Assembly (NCBI GenBank): GCA_050115495.1
Contig: JASFQK010000023.1
Location: 1-64,000, forward strand
Origin: Phycisphaerae bacterium
GTDB lineage: Bacteria; Planctomycetota; Phycisphaerae; UBA1845; Fen-1342
Reading direction: 5' to 3'
Length of the DNA: 64,000 nt
Shown here: positions 30,032 to 40,320 of the stretch, piece by piece
Numbering within the stretch: position 1 is the stretch's first letter
Layout of the letters: each line of letters starts with the position of its first letter
Notes under the pieces: model-generated
Seen by the model: only the letters and a program-made list of their open reading frames with translations
Told to the model about the DNA's origin: nothing
Database searches by the model: none
Made by a program: the position numbers and the translations under genes

Positions 30032-31302
30032 GACCCGACCTCGACCAGCTCCGGCGTGCGTCGCGTGGTGGTGTCGGTCGGGATGGACGGCGTTGGCGCG
30101 GCGGGGGGCTCGTCGCCGGTGAGCCAGTGCTCGACCTCGGCGTACTGGGCCTCGGCGTCGTAATACTGCGTGGCCACTTTGCGAGCGCGGGCGCCGAGCT
30201 CGTCGGCGAGGGCGTCGTCCTTCAGCAGGCGGACGACAGCGGCGGCGAACTGGGCGGGGTTATCGGCGACGAGGAAGGGGAGCGAGCCTTCATGGTCGAT
30301 GCCGGCCGCGGCGGCCGACGAGACGACGCAGGGCCGGCCGGCGGCCATGGCCTCGATGAGCTTGGTCTGCACGCCGATCTCGGTGGTGGCTCCGCAGATG
30401 AAGACGCGCATCTGCGCGTAGTAGGGGCGGACGTCCTCCACGAAGCCGGTGACGGTGATGCCCGGTTCGCGTCCCCAGCGGCGGACGCTGGGTCGCGGCC
30501 GGTTGCCGACGATAAGCCACTGGGCGGCGGGCACGTGCTGCTGCACGAGCGGCCAGACGTGCTTGCCGAACCAGTTCACGGAGTCGACGTTGGGGGCGTA
30601 GAACATCGAGCCGACGAAGCCGATGACGGGCAAGCGGGGCACGCTGGCCAGGGCGGGGAGGGCCCCGTCGCCGGCGAGGGCGGCCAGATCGACGCCGGTG
30701 CGGACCACGGCCGCGCATTGGGGATGCGTGAAGTCGAGGAGCTTGCCGCGTTCGCGTTCGTTGACCAGGAGGCAGACGTCGTGCGTGCTGGCCCAGCGGC
30801 GCTCGGCGGCGACGAGACGGCGGGCTTCCCAGGCGCACAGCCAGCGCAGCGGGCCGCGGGCCTGCTGGGCGTACGTGTGCCACTTGAAGCTCTCGACGTC
30901 GTTCATGTCGAGCACGCGGCGGCGGGCGGGCACGTCGCGGGCCAGGTCGGCCATCTCCGGAGCGAAGATCAGGACGACATCGAACCGGACCTTCTCGGCC
31001 CAGGCGGTGATCTGGCGGCGAAGGCCAGCGTCGGCGAAGTAGCCTTCGGCGATGCTGGCCCCGCTCAGCAGCGACAGACCGCCACGCCACAGGGCGGCCA
31101 GCGGCGAACGCACGGCCACGGCCATATCGGCGCAGAGGGTCCGTACACGACAAAGCTGGTCGGGAGTCGGTTGCTGATGGTCGACGCAGGCGAGCCAGAC
31201 TTGGTGCTGGCGGGCGAGGTGCCGCAGTTCGCCCCAGGCCCGGATGCAATCACCCCGATTGGGCGGATAGGGGAACCGGGGTGTGACCATCAGGATGTTC
31301 AT
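30028..31302 (-). CDS. GT4 sugar transferase (PEP-CTERM-locus type)
   Basis: RFPYPPNRGDCIR, DMNDVESFKW..Y, FVGSMFYAPNVD, GVQTKLIEAMAAG. Confidence 0.88.
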   Translation of the reverse strand: MNILMVTPRFPYPPNRGDCIRAWGELRHLARQHQVWLACVDHQQPTPDQLCRVRTLCADMAVAVRSPLAALWRGGLSLLSGASIAEGYFADAGLRRQITAWAEKVRFDVVLIFAPEMADLARDVPARRRVLDMNDVESFKWHTYAQQARGPLRWLCAWEARRLVAAERRWASTHDVCLLVNERERGKLLDFTHPQCAAVVRTGVDLAALAGDGALPALASVPRLPVIGFVGSMFYAPNVDSVNWFGKHVWPLVQQHVPAAQWLIVGNRPRPSVRRWGREPGITVTGFVEDVRPYYAQMRVFICGATTEIGVQTKLIEAMAAGRPCVVSSAAAAGIDHEGSLPFLVADNPAQFAAAVVRLLKDDALADELGARARKVATQYYDAEAQYAEVEHWLTGDEPPAAPTPSIPTDTTTRRTPELVEVGS

Positions 31303-31314
31303 CAGCTCCAGTCC

Positions 31315-32418
31315 CTATCCGGGGATCGAACGCGACAGCCAGCCGCCCAGGCAACGGGCCACGGGCAGCGGCAAATGGGGCCACAGGCGGCGGGCCAGGC
31401 CGAAACTCCGATTCGACGGCGTCAGGTCGGGGGCGACCTGGCCGGGCCGGACGTAACGTTGATAGCCGAGGGTCCGGGGCTCGAAGCCCTGGTTCTTCTT
31501 GAAGCCGGCGGAGCCGGGGTTGTCCTTGCGGGTGCGGCCGTAGTCGAAGCGGCGCAGGCCGCTGCGAATCGCGCGCTCCATGACGGCGTGGAAGAGGGCG
31601 TTGGCCGCGCCGCGGCAGGTGGCGTGCTCGTCCAGACCGAGGAGGTAGGGCGTGATCGTGTCGCCGTACGCGAGGCTGAGGGCGCCGGCCACGGGGCGGT
31701 CCTCGTGCCAGGCGACGGTCACCCAGGCGCGTTCGCCGAGGCGCTCGGCGAGCTCGACGAGAAAGCGGTACGGATAGCTGATGGAGCCGAGGCGGCGCAT
31801 GCTGCGGGAGTAGAGATCCCAGACGGTCCGCAGCAGGCGGTGATCGTGCTGAACGGTGACGCCGTCGCGCTCGCGAGCCTGGCGGGCCGCGGCCCGGGCT
31901 CGTTTGGGCAGGAACGCGTCGAGCTCGTTGGGATGCAGGGGCAGGTCGCGCACGAAAGCGTCATAGCGCTCGACGACTTCCCAGCCGGGAATGACGGCGT
32001 CGGCGCTGCGGATGTCGAGCACGCGGGCCCCGCGATGATGGACCAGGTGCACGGCTTCGGCGGCCAGGGCGTCGCGGGCGTTCTCGTCGTCGGCCAGTAG
32101 ACCCCCATACGTACCGTAGGGCACGCTGATCAGCATGCGTCCGCCGAGCAGGCTGCGCACCTCGACGAGCGGCAGCACGCCGACGATCCGGCCGTCGCGC
32201 CAGGCTACGCGGTGCACGCCGTGGTGGCCGAAGGTGCGCTCGACGGCCTCGCTCCAGAGCGGGTCGTGAAAGACGGTGGCACCGGGCGCGCTGTGGAGGT
32301 AGCGCTGCCAGGCAGCCTTCGTTCCTTCGTCGGCGACCGCCGCTATCGCGACCCCATCCGGCCGCGGCAGACGGTCCTGCCTAGGCGTCGCGGTAGTAGT
32401 ATCCGTAGTAACGGTCAT
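31315..32418 (-). CDS. FemAB-related / GNAT protein (PEP-CTERM-locus type)
   Basis: ATVFH..W, GVLPL..RS.L.G..LISVPY..YGG, FDYGRT..GS..FKKNQGF. The only in-frame ATG near the N-terminus overlaps the upstream gene by 38 nt. Confidence 0.85.
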   Translation of the reverse strand: MTVTTDTTTATPRQDRLPRPDGVAIAAVADEGTKAAWQRYLHSAPGATVFHDPLWSEAVERTFGHHGVHRVAWRDGRIVGVLPLVEVRSLLGGRMLISVPYGTYGGLLADDENARDALAAEAVHLVHHRGARVLDIRSADAVIPGWEVVERYDAFVRDLPLHPNELDAFLPKRARAAARQARERDGVTVQHDHRLLRTVWDLYSRSMRRLGSISYPYRFLVELAERLGERAWVTVAWHEDRPVAGALSLAYGDTITPYLLGLDEHATCRGAANALFHAVMERAIRSGLRRFDYGRTRKDNPGSAGFKKNQGFEPRTLGYQRYVRPGQVAPDLTPSNRSFGLARRLWPHLPLPVARCLGGWLSRSIPG

Positions 32419-33934
32419 AGTAATGCGTTCGCCGGTCTTCGTGCCGCGTTAGAATGCAGCCCAGGATCCGGGCGTTGTTCGCCTGGAGTGTGCGTACGGC
32501 CTGCTGGGCGGTGGGCTCCGGCGTGCGGTGCATCTCGACGACTAGGATCACGCCGTCGCATTGCGGGGCGAGCATGCTCACGTCGGATACGGTGTTGACC
32601 GGCGGCAGGTCGAGCAGCACGTAGTCGAATGAGGCCCGCAGGTGGGCCATCACGTCGCGCGTGTTCGGCGAGCCGAGCAGCTCGGAGGCACTCTGCGGAG
32701 CCATCTTGCCGGGGGGCAACACGTACAGGTTGGGCATCGGCGTCGAGCAGAGCAGCTCATCCGCCGGATACTCGCCGCGAATCAGCTCAGCGAGGCCGGG
32801 CCGGGCCGCCAGGCCGAGCATGCGGCCGATGGAGGAGCGGCGGAAGTCGGCGTCGGCCACGAGGATGCGGTGCTCGCCGCCCTCGGCCATGACGAAGCCC
32901 AGGTTGACGGCGGAGACGCTCTTTCCTTCCTGGGGGACACTGCTGGTGATGGCGATGATGCGGTGCGTTGCGGAGCCATTCATGCTCAGCAGGCGGGCCC
33001 GCACCGAGCGGAACTGCTCGGTCACGGACGAATAGCGCTCGTGGAAGGCAACGACGGCGGGGTCGATCTGCTTCGGGTCCCAGTTGCCGTTCGCCGCTCC
33101 GCCCGGCACTTCGCGCCGCTCTTCGGACGGTTGCACGGGCTCGAAACGCGACCGGCCGGCCGGCGACTGTGCAGGCTGGGGGGCCGGAACCGCGGTGGGC
33201 TCGGTGGCTGGCGACACGTCGTCGAGGTCGGTTGTTTTGGCGGTCGGCTGCGCGGCGATGGGCGGTTCGGGGGCCGGCTCGGTTCCGAGGTCGACCCACT
33301 CTTCCTCCTCTTCCTGCGCCTGCGGTGCCTCGACGGCCGGCGTAACGTCGGCAATCTCGGTTTCGGCCGGCGGTGCAGCGTCGGCAATCTCGGGCTCGGT
33401 AGGCGGTGCAGCGTCGGTGATTTCGGTCTCGGCCGGCGGCGCCGTGTCAGTGATTTCGGTTTCGGCGGCCGGCGCGGTGTCGGTGATCTCGGTCTCGGCG
33501 GCGGGCGCGGTGTCAGTGATCTCGGTCTCGGTGGCCGGCGCGACGTCGGTCAACTCGACCTCGTCGTCGGTCGCCGATTCGTCGATCTGCTTGATCTCAT
33601 CGATCGCCGACAGATCGGCCGGTTCGGGCGCGGCGAGATCCGGCTCAGCCTCCGCTGACGCGGTGGCCTCCTGGACCTCGGCCTCGAGGTTCGTCTCGTC
33701 GGTCAACTCGGTTTGGGCGCCGATCAACTCTTCCGCTAGGGAGTCCAGGGCCTCAGCCACCGGCGTCTCGTCGGTCAGCTCATCCTGAGCGGCGGTCGGT
33801 CCGCCATCCTGAGAGATGGGCGTCTCGTCGATCGGCGTGATTTCGGCCTGCTCAGCAAGCGGCTCCTGGACGGGAGCCTGGACGCTCTCGTCTTCCCGCA
33901 GCTTCTGCATGACCTCGGACATCGAACCCATCAC
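32381..33934 (-). CDS. CpsD/CapB family tyrosine kinase with long acidic N-terminal extension
   Basis: EQFRSVR, TSSVPQEGKS, DADFRR, LLDLPP and C-terminal Tyr cluster YYDRYYGYYY. About 270 aa of Glu/Asp/Pro/Thr-rich N-terminus. Confidence 0.88.
   Translation of the reverse strand: MMGSMSEVMQKLREDESVQAPVQEPLAEQAEITPIDETPISQDGGPTAAQDELTDETPVAEALDSLAEELIGAQTELTDETNLEAEVQEATASAEAEPDLAAPEPADLSAIDEIKQIDESATDDEVELTDVAPATETEITDTAPAAETEITDTAPAAETEITDTAPPAETEITDAAPPTEPEIADAAPPAETEIADVTPAVEAPQAQEEEEEWVDLGTEPAPEPPIAAQPTAKTTDLDDVSPATEPTAVPAPQPAQSPAGRSRFEPVQPSEERREVPGGAANGNWDPKQIDPAVVAFHERYSSVTEQFRSVRARLLSMNGSATHRIIAITSSVPQEGKSVSAVNLGFVMAEGGEHRILVADADFRRSSIGRMLGLAARPGLAELIRGEYPADELLCSTPMPNLYVLPPGKMAPQSASELLGSPNTRDVMAHLRASFDYVLLDLPPVNTVSDVSMLAPQCDGVILVVEMHRTPEPTAQQAVRTLQANNARILGCILTRHEDRRTHYYDRYYGYYYRDA
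33329..33556 (-). repeat. Intragenic 33-nt tandem repeat (about 7 copies; TDTAPAAETEI)
   Basis: Imperfect 11-aa units visible in both DNA and protein. Confidence 0.85.
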
Positions 33935-33940
33935 ACCGCC

Positions 33941-35719
33941 TCACTTCTCGGGAGGATTCAGCAGCCCCGTGCCCGGTATGCCGATCCCCTGCAACGCGTC
34001 ATCCAGCCGGACAATCGCTTGCTGGTACAGCGCGGGCTGTTCCAGACTCGTGTAGGCTAGGCCGCCGGCGATCAGGAGCACGCCCAGCAGCAGGGCGAGT
34101 GCCGGTCCCCAGATGATCCGCTCCCGCAGACGCCGTCGGCGAACCTGCGGCGTGGCGATCACGCCCACGCTCTCGAGCACCGGGATACCCAGCACGCGGG
34201 TCACCTGCCCGGCCGTGCGGAACGAGCGGTCCATCAGCTCGGCCAGGGCCACCAGCAGAGCGGCGACGGCCAGGCCGGCACCGGTGCAGACGGCGAAGAC
34301 CGAGGCGGTACGCGGCGAGATGGCCCGGCTGCCGTCACGCGGCTCCTCGATCAGCGGGAACTGCGTGCCGCGCTCGACGTTCTCCGCCGAGAGGATGCGG
34401 TCCAACTGGCCCATGTGCTGGCGCCACATGGCGATGGTCGTGGCGTCCTGGCCGAGCTGCTCCTGGATCTTGCGGAGCTCGGCGCTCTGGCCAAGCAGCT
34501 CGTCGTACAGGTCGCCGAGCTTCTCCGTCCGCTGCTGGGCCACGGCGTAGTCGCTACGGACGATGTCGTACTGGCGGCGGAGGGCCTCGATCTCGAGCTC
34601 GACGCGGAGGCGCTCGCCCTCGAAACGCAGACGCGGGCGCTTTGCGGTTACTGCGGTCTGGGCCTGGACCGTTTCGGTTTCTTCGGGCGCGGCCGCGTTC
34701 TGGGCACGGAGGGCCTCACGGGCCGCTTCCAGACCCTCGATCCGCCGCCGTAGCCTCTGCACCGTGGGGTGCTCGGCGGTCATTCGCGAAACGAGCATGG
34801 CGTCGGCGATTTCCTGCTCGACGTCACGGATGGCCTTGGCGATCACCTGCTCGGACTGGGGCAGGGCCGGCGGCGCGCTCGGGGTGTTCGCCGTGTTCGG
34901 GCTGGCGTCGACCGCGTCCTCCTCGATCGCCAGGGTGGAGACCAGGAATTCCTCGCGGGCGGCGATCTGCGCTTCGAGCTCGGCCTGGTGGCGGCCGAGG
35001 GTGGCCTCCGCCTCGCGAAGCTCTTCCAGGCGGGAGCCGACGCTGGCGGCGTCCATGGGATCGATGCCCGGGTAGTCGCGGAACCGCTCGCGCAGCGAGC
35101 TGTTGGCGTCGGCCGTGTCGCGCTGGAGGCGATCCAGTTCGTTCTGGAAGAACTGCCGGGTGCTGACCAGCATGTCGCCAATGCGCTCGCGCATCTGCGT
35201 GATGTAGCGGTTGCGCAGGGTGACGACGAAGTCGCGGGCTACCGCCGGATCGTTGGCCTCGCAGCGCAGGCGGATCGTATCCAGACCGCTGGCGGCCTGA
35301 ACGACCTGCACCGAGGGTGACAGCCGATATTGAGCGAGCATGGCGTCGAGGGCAGCGGCAGCTTCGTTACTGAGGGCGCCCTCGGGCGGGATGATCGCCC
35401 GGTCCAGCAGGCCCAGGTCGGCGGCGGCTTCGGCCAGGGCGCGGGCCCCGGTCATATCGCGGACGAGCGTGGACTTGAGGTTGTCAAAGCTGTACGGGGA
35501 GTTGCTCTGCACGAGGTTGCGCAGGACCACGTCGTCGCGCCGCTCGAAGACGGTGTTGGCGGCATAGCGGCGGGGCAGGTACTGGCTGTACCAGAACGCT
35601 GCCGTGCTGACCAGGCTGAGCGCGATCAGCCCGAGCCGCCAGCGCTGCCGGGCGATGCGCCCGTACTCGCTGAGCGTGCTGCGCAGGTCTTCGAAGGTTC
35701 TCTCGTGGTTCGTCGTCAT
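33941..35719 (-). CDS. Polysaccharide co-polymerase (GumC/Wzc N-terminal-like)
   Basis: N-terminal TM, long coiled coil with MTAEHPTV, second TM followed by ELMDRSFRT..LGIPVL. Lies between wza-like and tyrosine kinase genes. Confidence 0.82.
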   Translation of the reverse strand: MTTNHERTFEDLRSTLSEYGRIARQRWRLGLIALSLVSTAAFWYSQYLPRRYAANTVFERRDDVVLRNLVQSNSPYSFDNLKSTLVRDMTGARALAEAAADLGLLDRAIIPPEGALSNEAAAALDAMLAQYRLSPSVQVVQAASGLDTIRLRCEANDPAVARDFVVTLRNRYITQMRERIGDMLVSTRQFFQNELDRLQRDTADANSSLRERFRDYPGIDPMDAASVGSRLEELREAEATLGRHQAELEAQIAAREEFLVSTLAIEEDAVDASPNTANTPSAPPALPQSEQVIAKAIRDVEQEIADAMLVSRMTAEHPTVQRLRRRIEGLEAAREALRAQNAAAPEETETVQAQTAVTAKRPRLRFEGERLRVELEIEALRRQYDIVRSDYAVAQQRTEKLGDLYDELLGQSAELRKIQEQLGQDATTIAMWRQHMGQLDRILSAENVERGTQFPLIEEPRDGSRAISPRTASVFAVCTGAGLAVAALLVALAELMDRSFRTAGQVTRVLGIPVLESVGVIATPQVRRRRLRERIIWGPALALLLGVLLIAGGLAYTSLEQPALYQQAIVRLDDALQGIGIPGTGLLNPPEK

Positions 35720-35754
35720 GGAGCGAACTCATCCGCGGTGGCGATAACGGCGCG

Positions 35755-36573
35755 TTACTCGCTGTCGTCGCCGCCGAATTCATCCTCATACGTACGCGTG
35801 GCGTCGATCGGTCGTATCGGCGCGGCGTACGCGTTCACAACCGGACCGACCGGGTACAGCAACTCGCGGACGCGCAAACCGGTCCAGGCGAGCGGCGTAG
35901 GCGGCACCTCGATGATGTCACCCGGCTGCAGCAGGAAGTTCTGGTCCACTTCGCCGCTGCGCACCATGCGGTCCAGGTCGACAATGATGGTTTTGCGTTC
36001 CTCCTCGTTGGCCGAGGGCCGCACCACACGAATGTGGGAGCGCCAGGCCAGGTTGTTCAGTCCGGCGTCGGCGAGCGCGCCGAGCAGCGTCACGCGGCCG
36101 GTGAACGGCCGGCGGCCGGCGGCGCCGACGCCTTCGCCGAACACGTAGTAGAACTGGCTCTTGTAAGAGGAGACGTTGACGACCACCTCGGGATCGACGT
36201 AGTAGCGGGCCAACTGCTGCCGCAGCTTCTCGGCCACCTGCTCGGTGGTCAGGCCGGCCACGTCCACCTCGCCGAGCAGCCGCAGGACAATCTTGCCGTC
36301 GGGCCGCAGGCGAGCGGTGACGCCGTCGACCTCGGGGGCCGTGGGCGAATGCACGGTGATGGTATCGGGGGGCATAACGGTGTATTGGCCGGTGCCAACC
36401 GCGTCCTCGTGGGCTCGCAGGAAGGAGACCAGGTCGGCGTGGGAGCTGGCAGCACAGCCGGTGAGCAGCGCGGCGGAGACGACCATCGCCACGAAGGCGA
36501 TCGGTCGGGCGGCGTCCACCGCTCGGTACCGCAACGAGGTCGGATACGGCCGGTGATGGCCCATCGTGCTCAC
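35755..36573 (-). CDS. wza: Polysaccharide export lipoprotein (Wza/Poly_export + SLBB)
   Basis: Lipobox LLTGC, YTVMPPD, RPDGKI..LLGEV..AGLT, LQPGDIIEVP. Start uncertain. Confidence 0.85.
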   Translation of the reverse strand: MSTMGHHRPYPTSLRYRAVDAARPIAFVAMVVSAALLTGCAASSHADLVSFLRAHEDAVGTGQYTVMPPDTITVHSPTAPEVDGVTARLRPDGKIVLRLLGEVDVAGLTTEQVAEKLRQQLARYYVDPEVVVNVSSYKSQFYYVFGEGVGAAGRRPFTGRVTLLGALADAGLNNLAWRSHIRVVRPSANEEERKTIIVDLDRMVRSGEVDQNFLLQPGDIIEVPPTPLAWTGLRVRELLYPVGPVVNAYAAPIRPIDATRTYEDEFGGDDSE

Positions 36574-36641
36574 AAAGCCCTATAATTCATGAACGCCCTC
36601 CTTGGCGGCGTTCACGGATGCTCCCGCACCCACGTCGTGAG

Positions 36642-36744
36642 CTATCGTCCAAACTGCACAATCAATGAAATACATACCGGCAACTCGTCGTTTTCCGGTC
36701 GCCCGTTGTTTAGGACTTCAGCCGGTCCCCCTTAGCACCGATGT
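36642..36744. promoter_or_regulatory. Divergent pair of sigma28-like promoters (wza side and ATPase side)
   Basis: Minus TCAT-N15-GACGATAG (36668-36642) and plus TCAG-N15-ACCGATGT (36718-36744). Confidence 0.45.
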
Positions 36745-36775
36745 TCTGCTGGTGCGATAAACGCGGAGACTACCC

Positions 36776-37969
36776 ATGAAGCCCTACCGGCATTTCGGCC
36801 TGGTGCGGCCCCCCTTCGAGCCGAGCCCCGACCCGCGCATGTTCTACAGCTCGCCGCAGCACGGCGAGGCGCTGGCCACGCTCGAATACACGGTGCACGC
36901 CAACAAGACATGTACTGTGGTCGTCGGGGAGTCGGGCTCCGGCAAGACGATGCTGGCCCGGCTGATCGCGGCCGAAATAAGCCGCGAAACGAGCGTGCTG
37001 TGGGTGCATGGGCTTGGACAGCCTGAAAAAGTGACCGAATTGAACGTGTATTCGCCAGGGGCGCTGGCCGACGCGCAGCCGAAGCCGCCGACGTCGCTGA
37101 CGACGCTGGCGGATTGGACGCGGCAGCCGCACGTGACGGGTACGCCGCCGCTGATGGTTATTGATGATGCGGACGACATGCCGCCGCACGCGTGGCACGA
37201 CGTGGTTTCGCTGCTGTCGCGCGAGGTGCAATTCCCGCAGCCGACGAATCTGGCTTTGTTCGGCGCCCCGCCGCTGATCGCCCGGCTCGGTCAACCGGAG
37301 CTGATGCGTCTGCGACGGCGTGTTTTTCGGACGTGCGCCATTGGTCCGTTCGACGCCGAACAAGTAGCGGAATATGTCCGTTGTCGGCTGGCGGCGTCCG
37401 GTAACAAGGACAACGGCCTGTTCGATGATGACTCCCTGGCGCTGCTGCACCGGCTGACGAAGGGCAACGCCGGCCTGATCAACCAAGTGGCCGATAACGC
37501 GCTGCTGGAGGCATTCAGCGCGAACGAGCGGCGGATCACGGTCAGGCACATCATGGCCGCCGGCCGAGCGATCGTGGGTGCACTGCACGTGTTGCCACGA
37601 CGGCCCAGCGTCGGGCTGGCGCTCGGAGACGGCGGGCGCCGGGCCCTGCCGGGAGCTGCACCGGCACCCGCGGAAGCGGCGTCGGCGTGGACGGCAGGCG
37701 AGCCGGAGTCGGCGGTGGCCGAGCGTCCGGTAATCACCACGCCGAAGCCGGTCGCGCCTGACATCCGCAGCGTCGAGCAGCGGCTCTTCAGTCTCCAGGG
37801 GCGGCTGGCCAATGCGTTGGGGGCGGTTCGTCCGTCGAGGGCGAGCGTGCGACCCCGCTACACGGCGCCGGTGGCCAAGCCGGTCGTGGGCGAGATTGTC
37901 GACGTCAGCCCGTCAGAAGTGATGGACGACGACGAGGCCGTGGAAGAAGCGGCCGTCGCGAGCAGCTAG
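36776..37969 (+). CDS. ExeA/GspA-like AAA ATPase
   Basis: YRHFGL..PF..SPDP, GESGSGKT, VIDDA, LFGAP.L, G....IN...DNALL. Confidence 0.85.
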   Translation: MKPYRHFGLVRPPFEPSPDPRMFYSSPQHGEALATLEYTVHANKTCTVVVGESGSGKTMLARLIAAEISRETSVLWVHGLGQPEKVTELNVYSPGALADAQPKPPTSLTTLADWTRQPHVTGTPPLMVIDDADDMPPHAWHDVVSLLSREVQFPQPTNLALFGAPPLIARLGQPELMRLRRRVFRTCAIGPFDAEQVAEYVRCRLAASGNKDNGLFDDDSLALLHRLTKGNAGLINQVADNALLEAFSANERRITVRHIMAAGRAIVGALHVLPRRPSVGLALGDGGRRALPGAAPAPAEAASAWTAGEPESAVAERPVITTPKPVAPDIRSVEQRLFSLQGRLANALGAVRPSRASVRPRYTAPVAKPVVGEIVDVSPSEVMDDDEAVEEAAVASS

Positions 37970-38043
37970 GCGACGCCGAGCGGACTTCGGCCCTCATTCC
38001 CTAACGATCGATGGAGGCTTCCGGGGTGGACCGGGGGGGCTTT

Positions 38044-38964
38044 TCATACACCGACAGGTTCGGCTGGCGCCGGCGTCTGGGCGGCGACAGCCGCTTCGGG
38101 TCGCCGGAGTTGCAGCAGGTAGTCGCTGTACTCGTTCTGGCCGAGGGAGTGGGCGAGGCGTTCGAGATCGTGACCGTCGATAAAGCCCATGTGATAGGCG
38201 ACCTCTTCGGGGCAGCCGATCATCAGGCCCTGGCGTTGCTCGACGGCGCGAACGAATTCGGAGGCTTCGAGGAGGGATTCATGCGTGCCGGCATCGAGCC
38301 AGGCCTTGCCGCGGCTGAGCAGCTCGACGCGCAGCAGGCCGCGCTCCATGTAGATGCGGTTGACGTCGGTGATTTCGAGCTCGCCGCGGGCACTCGGGCG
38401 GAGGTTGGCGGCGATGTCGACAACCTGCTCGTCGTAGAAGTACATGCCGGGGACGGCCCAGTTGCTGCGCGGGCGGCGGGGTTTCTCCTCGATGGTCAGG
38501 GCGCGGTAGTTCTCGTCGAAGGTGACGACGCCGTAGCGCTCCGGGTCGCGGACGCGGTAGGCGAAGATGAGGGCGCCGTGACGGACGTGCTGGGCGGCGC
38601 GGGCGAGCTGCAAGGGCAGGCCCTCGCCGTAGAAGATGTTGTCGCCGAGCGTCAGGCAGCTCGGTTCGCCCTGCACGAAGTCGCGGCCGATGCGGAAGGC
38701 GTCGGCCAGCCCGCGGGGTTCGTCCTGGCGGGCGTAGCGCAGCGACATGCCCCACTGCGCGCCGTCGCCGAGCAGGCGCTGGAAGAGCGGCAGGTCCTCG
38801 GGGGTGCTGATGATGAGCACGTCGCGGATGCCGGCGAACATGAGCATCGTCAGCGGGTAGTAGATCATCGGCTTGTTGTAGACGGGGAGCAGTTGCTTGC
38901 TGACCGCGAGGGTCAGGGGGTAGAGGCGCGTGCCCTTTCCGCCGGCGAGGATGATGCCTTTCAT
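38044..38964 (-). CDS. rfbA: Glucose-1-phosphate thymidylyltransferase
   Basis: Start ATG 38964. [53 protein letters not shown]. Confidence 0.95.
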   Translation of the reverse strand: MKGIILAGGKGTRLYPLTLAVSKQLLPVYNKPMIYYPLTMLMFAGIRDVLIISTPEDLPLFQRLLGDGAQWGMSLRYARQDEPRGLADAFRIGRDFVQGEPSCLTLGDNIFYGEGLPLQLARAAQHVRHGALIFAYRVRDPERYGVVTFDENYRALTIEEKPRRPRSNWAVPGMYFYDEQVVDIAANLRPSARGELEITDVNRIYMERGLLRVELLSRGKAWLDAGTHESLLEASEFVRAVEQRQGLMIGCPEEVAYHMGFIDGHDLERLAHSLGQNEYSDYLLQLRRPEAAVAAQTPAPAEPVGV

Positions 38965-40061
38965 ATACAGATCTCCGCCGGCTGGAGGGCCTGGCGTCTG
39001 GCGTAATTCTTCTTCATCCACCGCTGATAGCCGCCCTGCTCGCGGATGGCCTGCACCCACTCGGCGTGATCGAGGTACCAGTGGACGGTCTGCCGCAGCC
39101 CGGCTTCGAGCGTCCAGCGCGGCCGCCAGCCCAGGTCGCTCTCGATACGGGCGGTGGCCATGGCGTAGCGGCGGTCGTGGCCGGGGCGGTCGGCGACGTA
39201 GGCCAGAAGCTGTTCGTGCGGGCAATAGGGCGAGTCGGGGCACATCTCATCGAGCAGCGTGCAGATCTGCTGGACGATGGAGAGGTTAGTCGGCTGGTTG
39301 CCGCCGCCGATGTTGTATGTTCGTCCCGGCTCGCCGGCTTCGAGGATGCGCCAGATGGCGGCGCAGTGGTCGTCCACGTGGAGCCAATCGCGAATCTGCC
39401 GGCCGTCGCCGTAGATGGGCAGGGGGCGGCCGGCCAGGGCGTTGAGGATCAGCACGGGGATGAACTTCTCGGGGAACTGGCGCGGGCCGTAGTTGTTGCT
39501 GCAACTGGAGATGCTCACCGGCAGGCCGTAGGTGTGGGCGTAGGCCCGCACCAGGTGGTCGCTGGCGGCCTTGCTGGCGGCGTAGGGCGAATTCGGGGCG
39601 TAAGGCGTCGTTTCGGTGAACGCCGGATCGTCGGGCCCGAGCGTGCCGTAGACCTCGTCGGTGGACACGTGGTGGAAACGGGCGCCGTCGGCACCGTCCG
39701 CGTCGGCGAGCCACACGTGGCGGGCCGCTTCGAGCAGCGTGAACGTGCCCATGATGTTCGTATCGAGGAACTGCCTCGGGCCGTCGATGGAACGGTCCAC
39801 GTGCGACTCGGCGGCGAAGTGCACGATGTGGCGGATGTGGCGCTCGCTGAGCAGCCGCTGGACGAGCGGCTGGTCGGCGATGTCGCCGACGATGAGCGTG
39901 TGCCGCTCCGGCGCGGGCAGGTCGGTGAGGTTGGCCCGGCTGCCGGCGTAGGTGAGCAGGTCGAGATTAACGACGGCCACGTCGGGCGCATGGGCCAGCA
40001 CGTGACGGACGAAGTTGCTACCGATGAACCCGGCTCCGCCGGTGACGAGGATCGTCTGCAT
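38961..40061 (-). CDS. rfbB: dTDP-glucose 4,6-dehydratase
   Basis: [53 protein letters not shown]. Confidence 0.95.
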   Translation of the reverse strand: MQTILVTGGAGFIGSNFVRHVLAHAPDVAVVNLDLLTYAGSRANLTDLPAPERHTLIVGDIADQPLVQRLLSERHIRHIVHFAAESHVDRSIDGPRQFLDTNIMGTFTLLEAARHVWLADADGADGARFHHVSTDEVYGTLGPDDPAFTETTPYAPNSPYAASKAASDHLVRAYAHTYGLPVSISSCSNNYGPRQFPEKFIPVLILNALAGRPLPIYGDGRQIRDWLHVDDHCAAIWRILEAGEPGRTYNIGGGNQPTNLSIVQQICTLLDEMCPDSPYCPHEQLLAYVADRPGHDRRYAMATARIESDLGWRPRWTLEAGLRQTVHWYLDHAEWVQAIREQGGYQRWMKKNYARRQALQPAEICI

Positions 40062-40320
40062 GGTGGCGGCCCACCTCCACGAGCCCCAACCGCACGCCTC
40101 CGAACGTGCGTGTGGCGGATCTCGGCGATCCGTCCCAATGGGGTGTCGTCGCTGAGGACGCTGTTTACCTGGTTATGGGATCGGTTGGTTTGCAGCAGGA
40201 AATGTAGGGTGCGGTTGGCGACGCCGGCGATCGAGATGGGGGTGTTTCGGATCTGCGTTGCCGTATAGGCAGTTATGGCAGACCGCGTCGGATCTTGTGC
40301 CGCGCAGATATTGCCTCCGG

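Noticed and set aside
33329..33556. 33-nt periodic repeats as a CRISPR array
   Set aside because: Contiguous in-frame coding repeats with no unique spacers and no cas genes.
38013..38044. Possible terminator between the ExeA-like gene and rfbA
   Set aside because: The stem is irregular with several G-U pairs and a bulge, and the U-tract is short. Not enough support.
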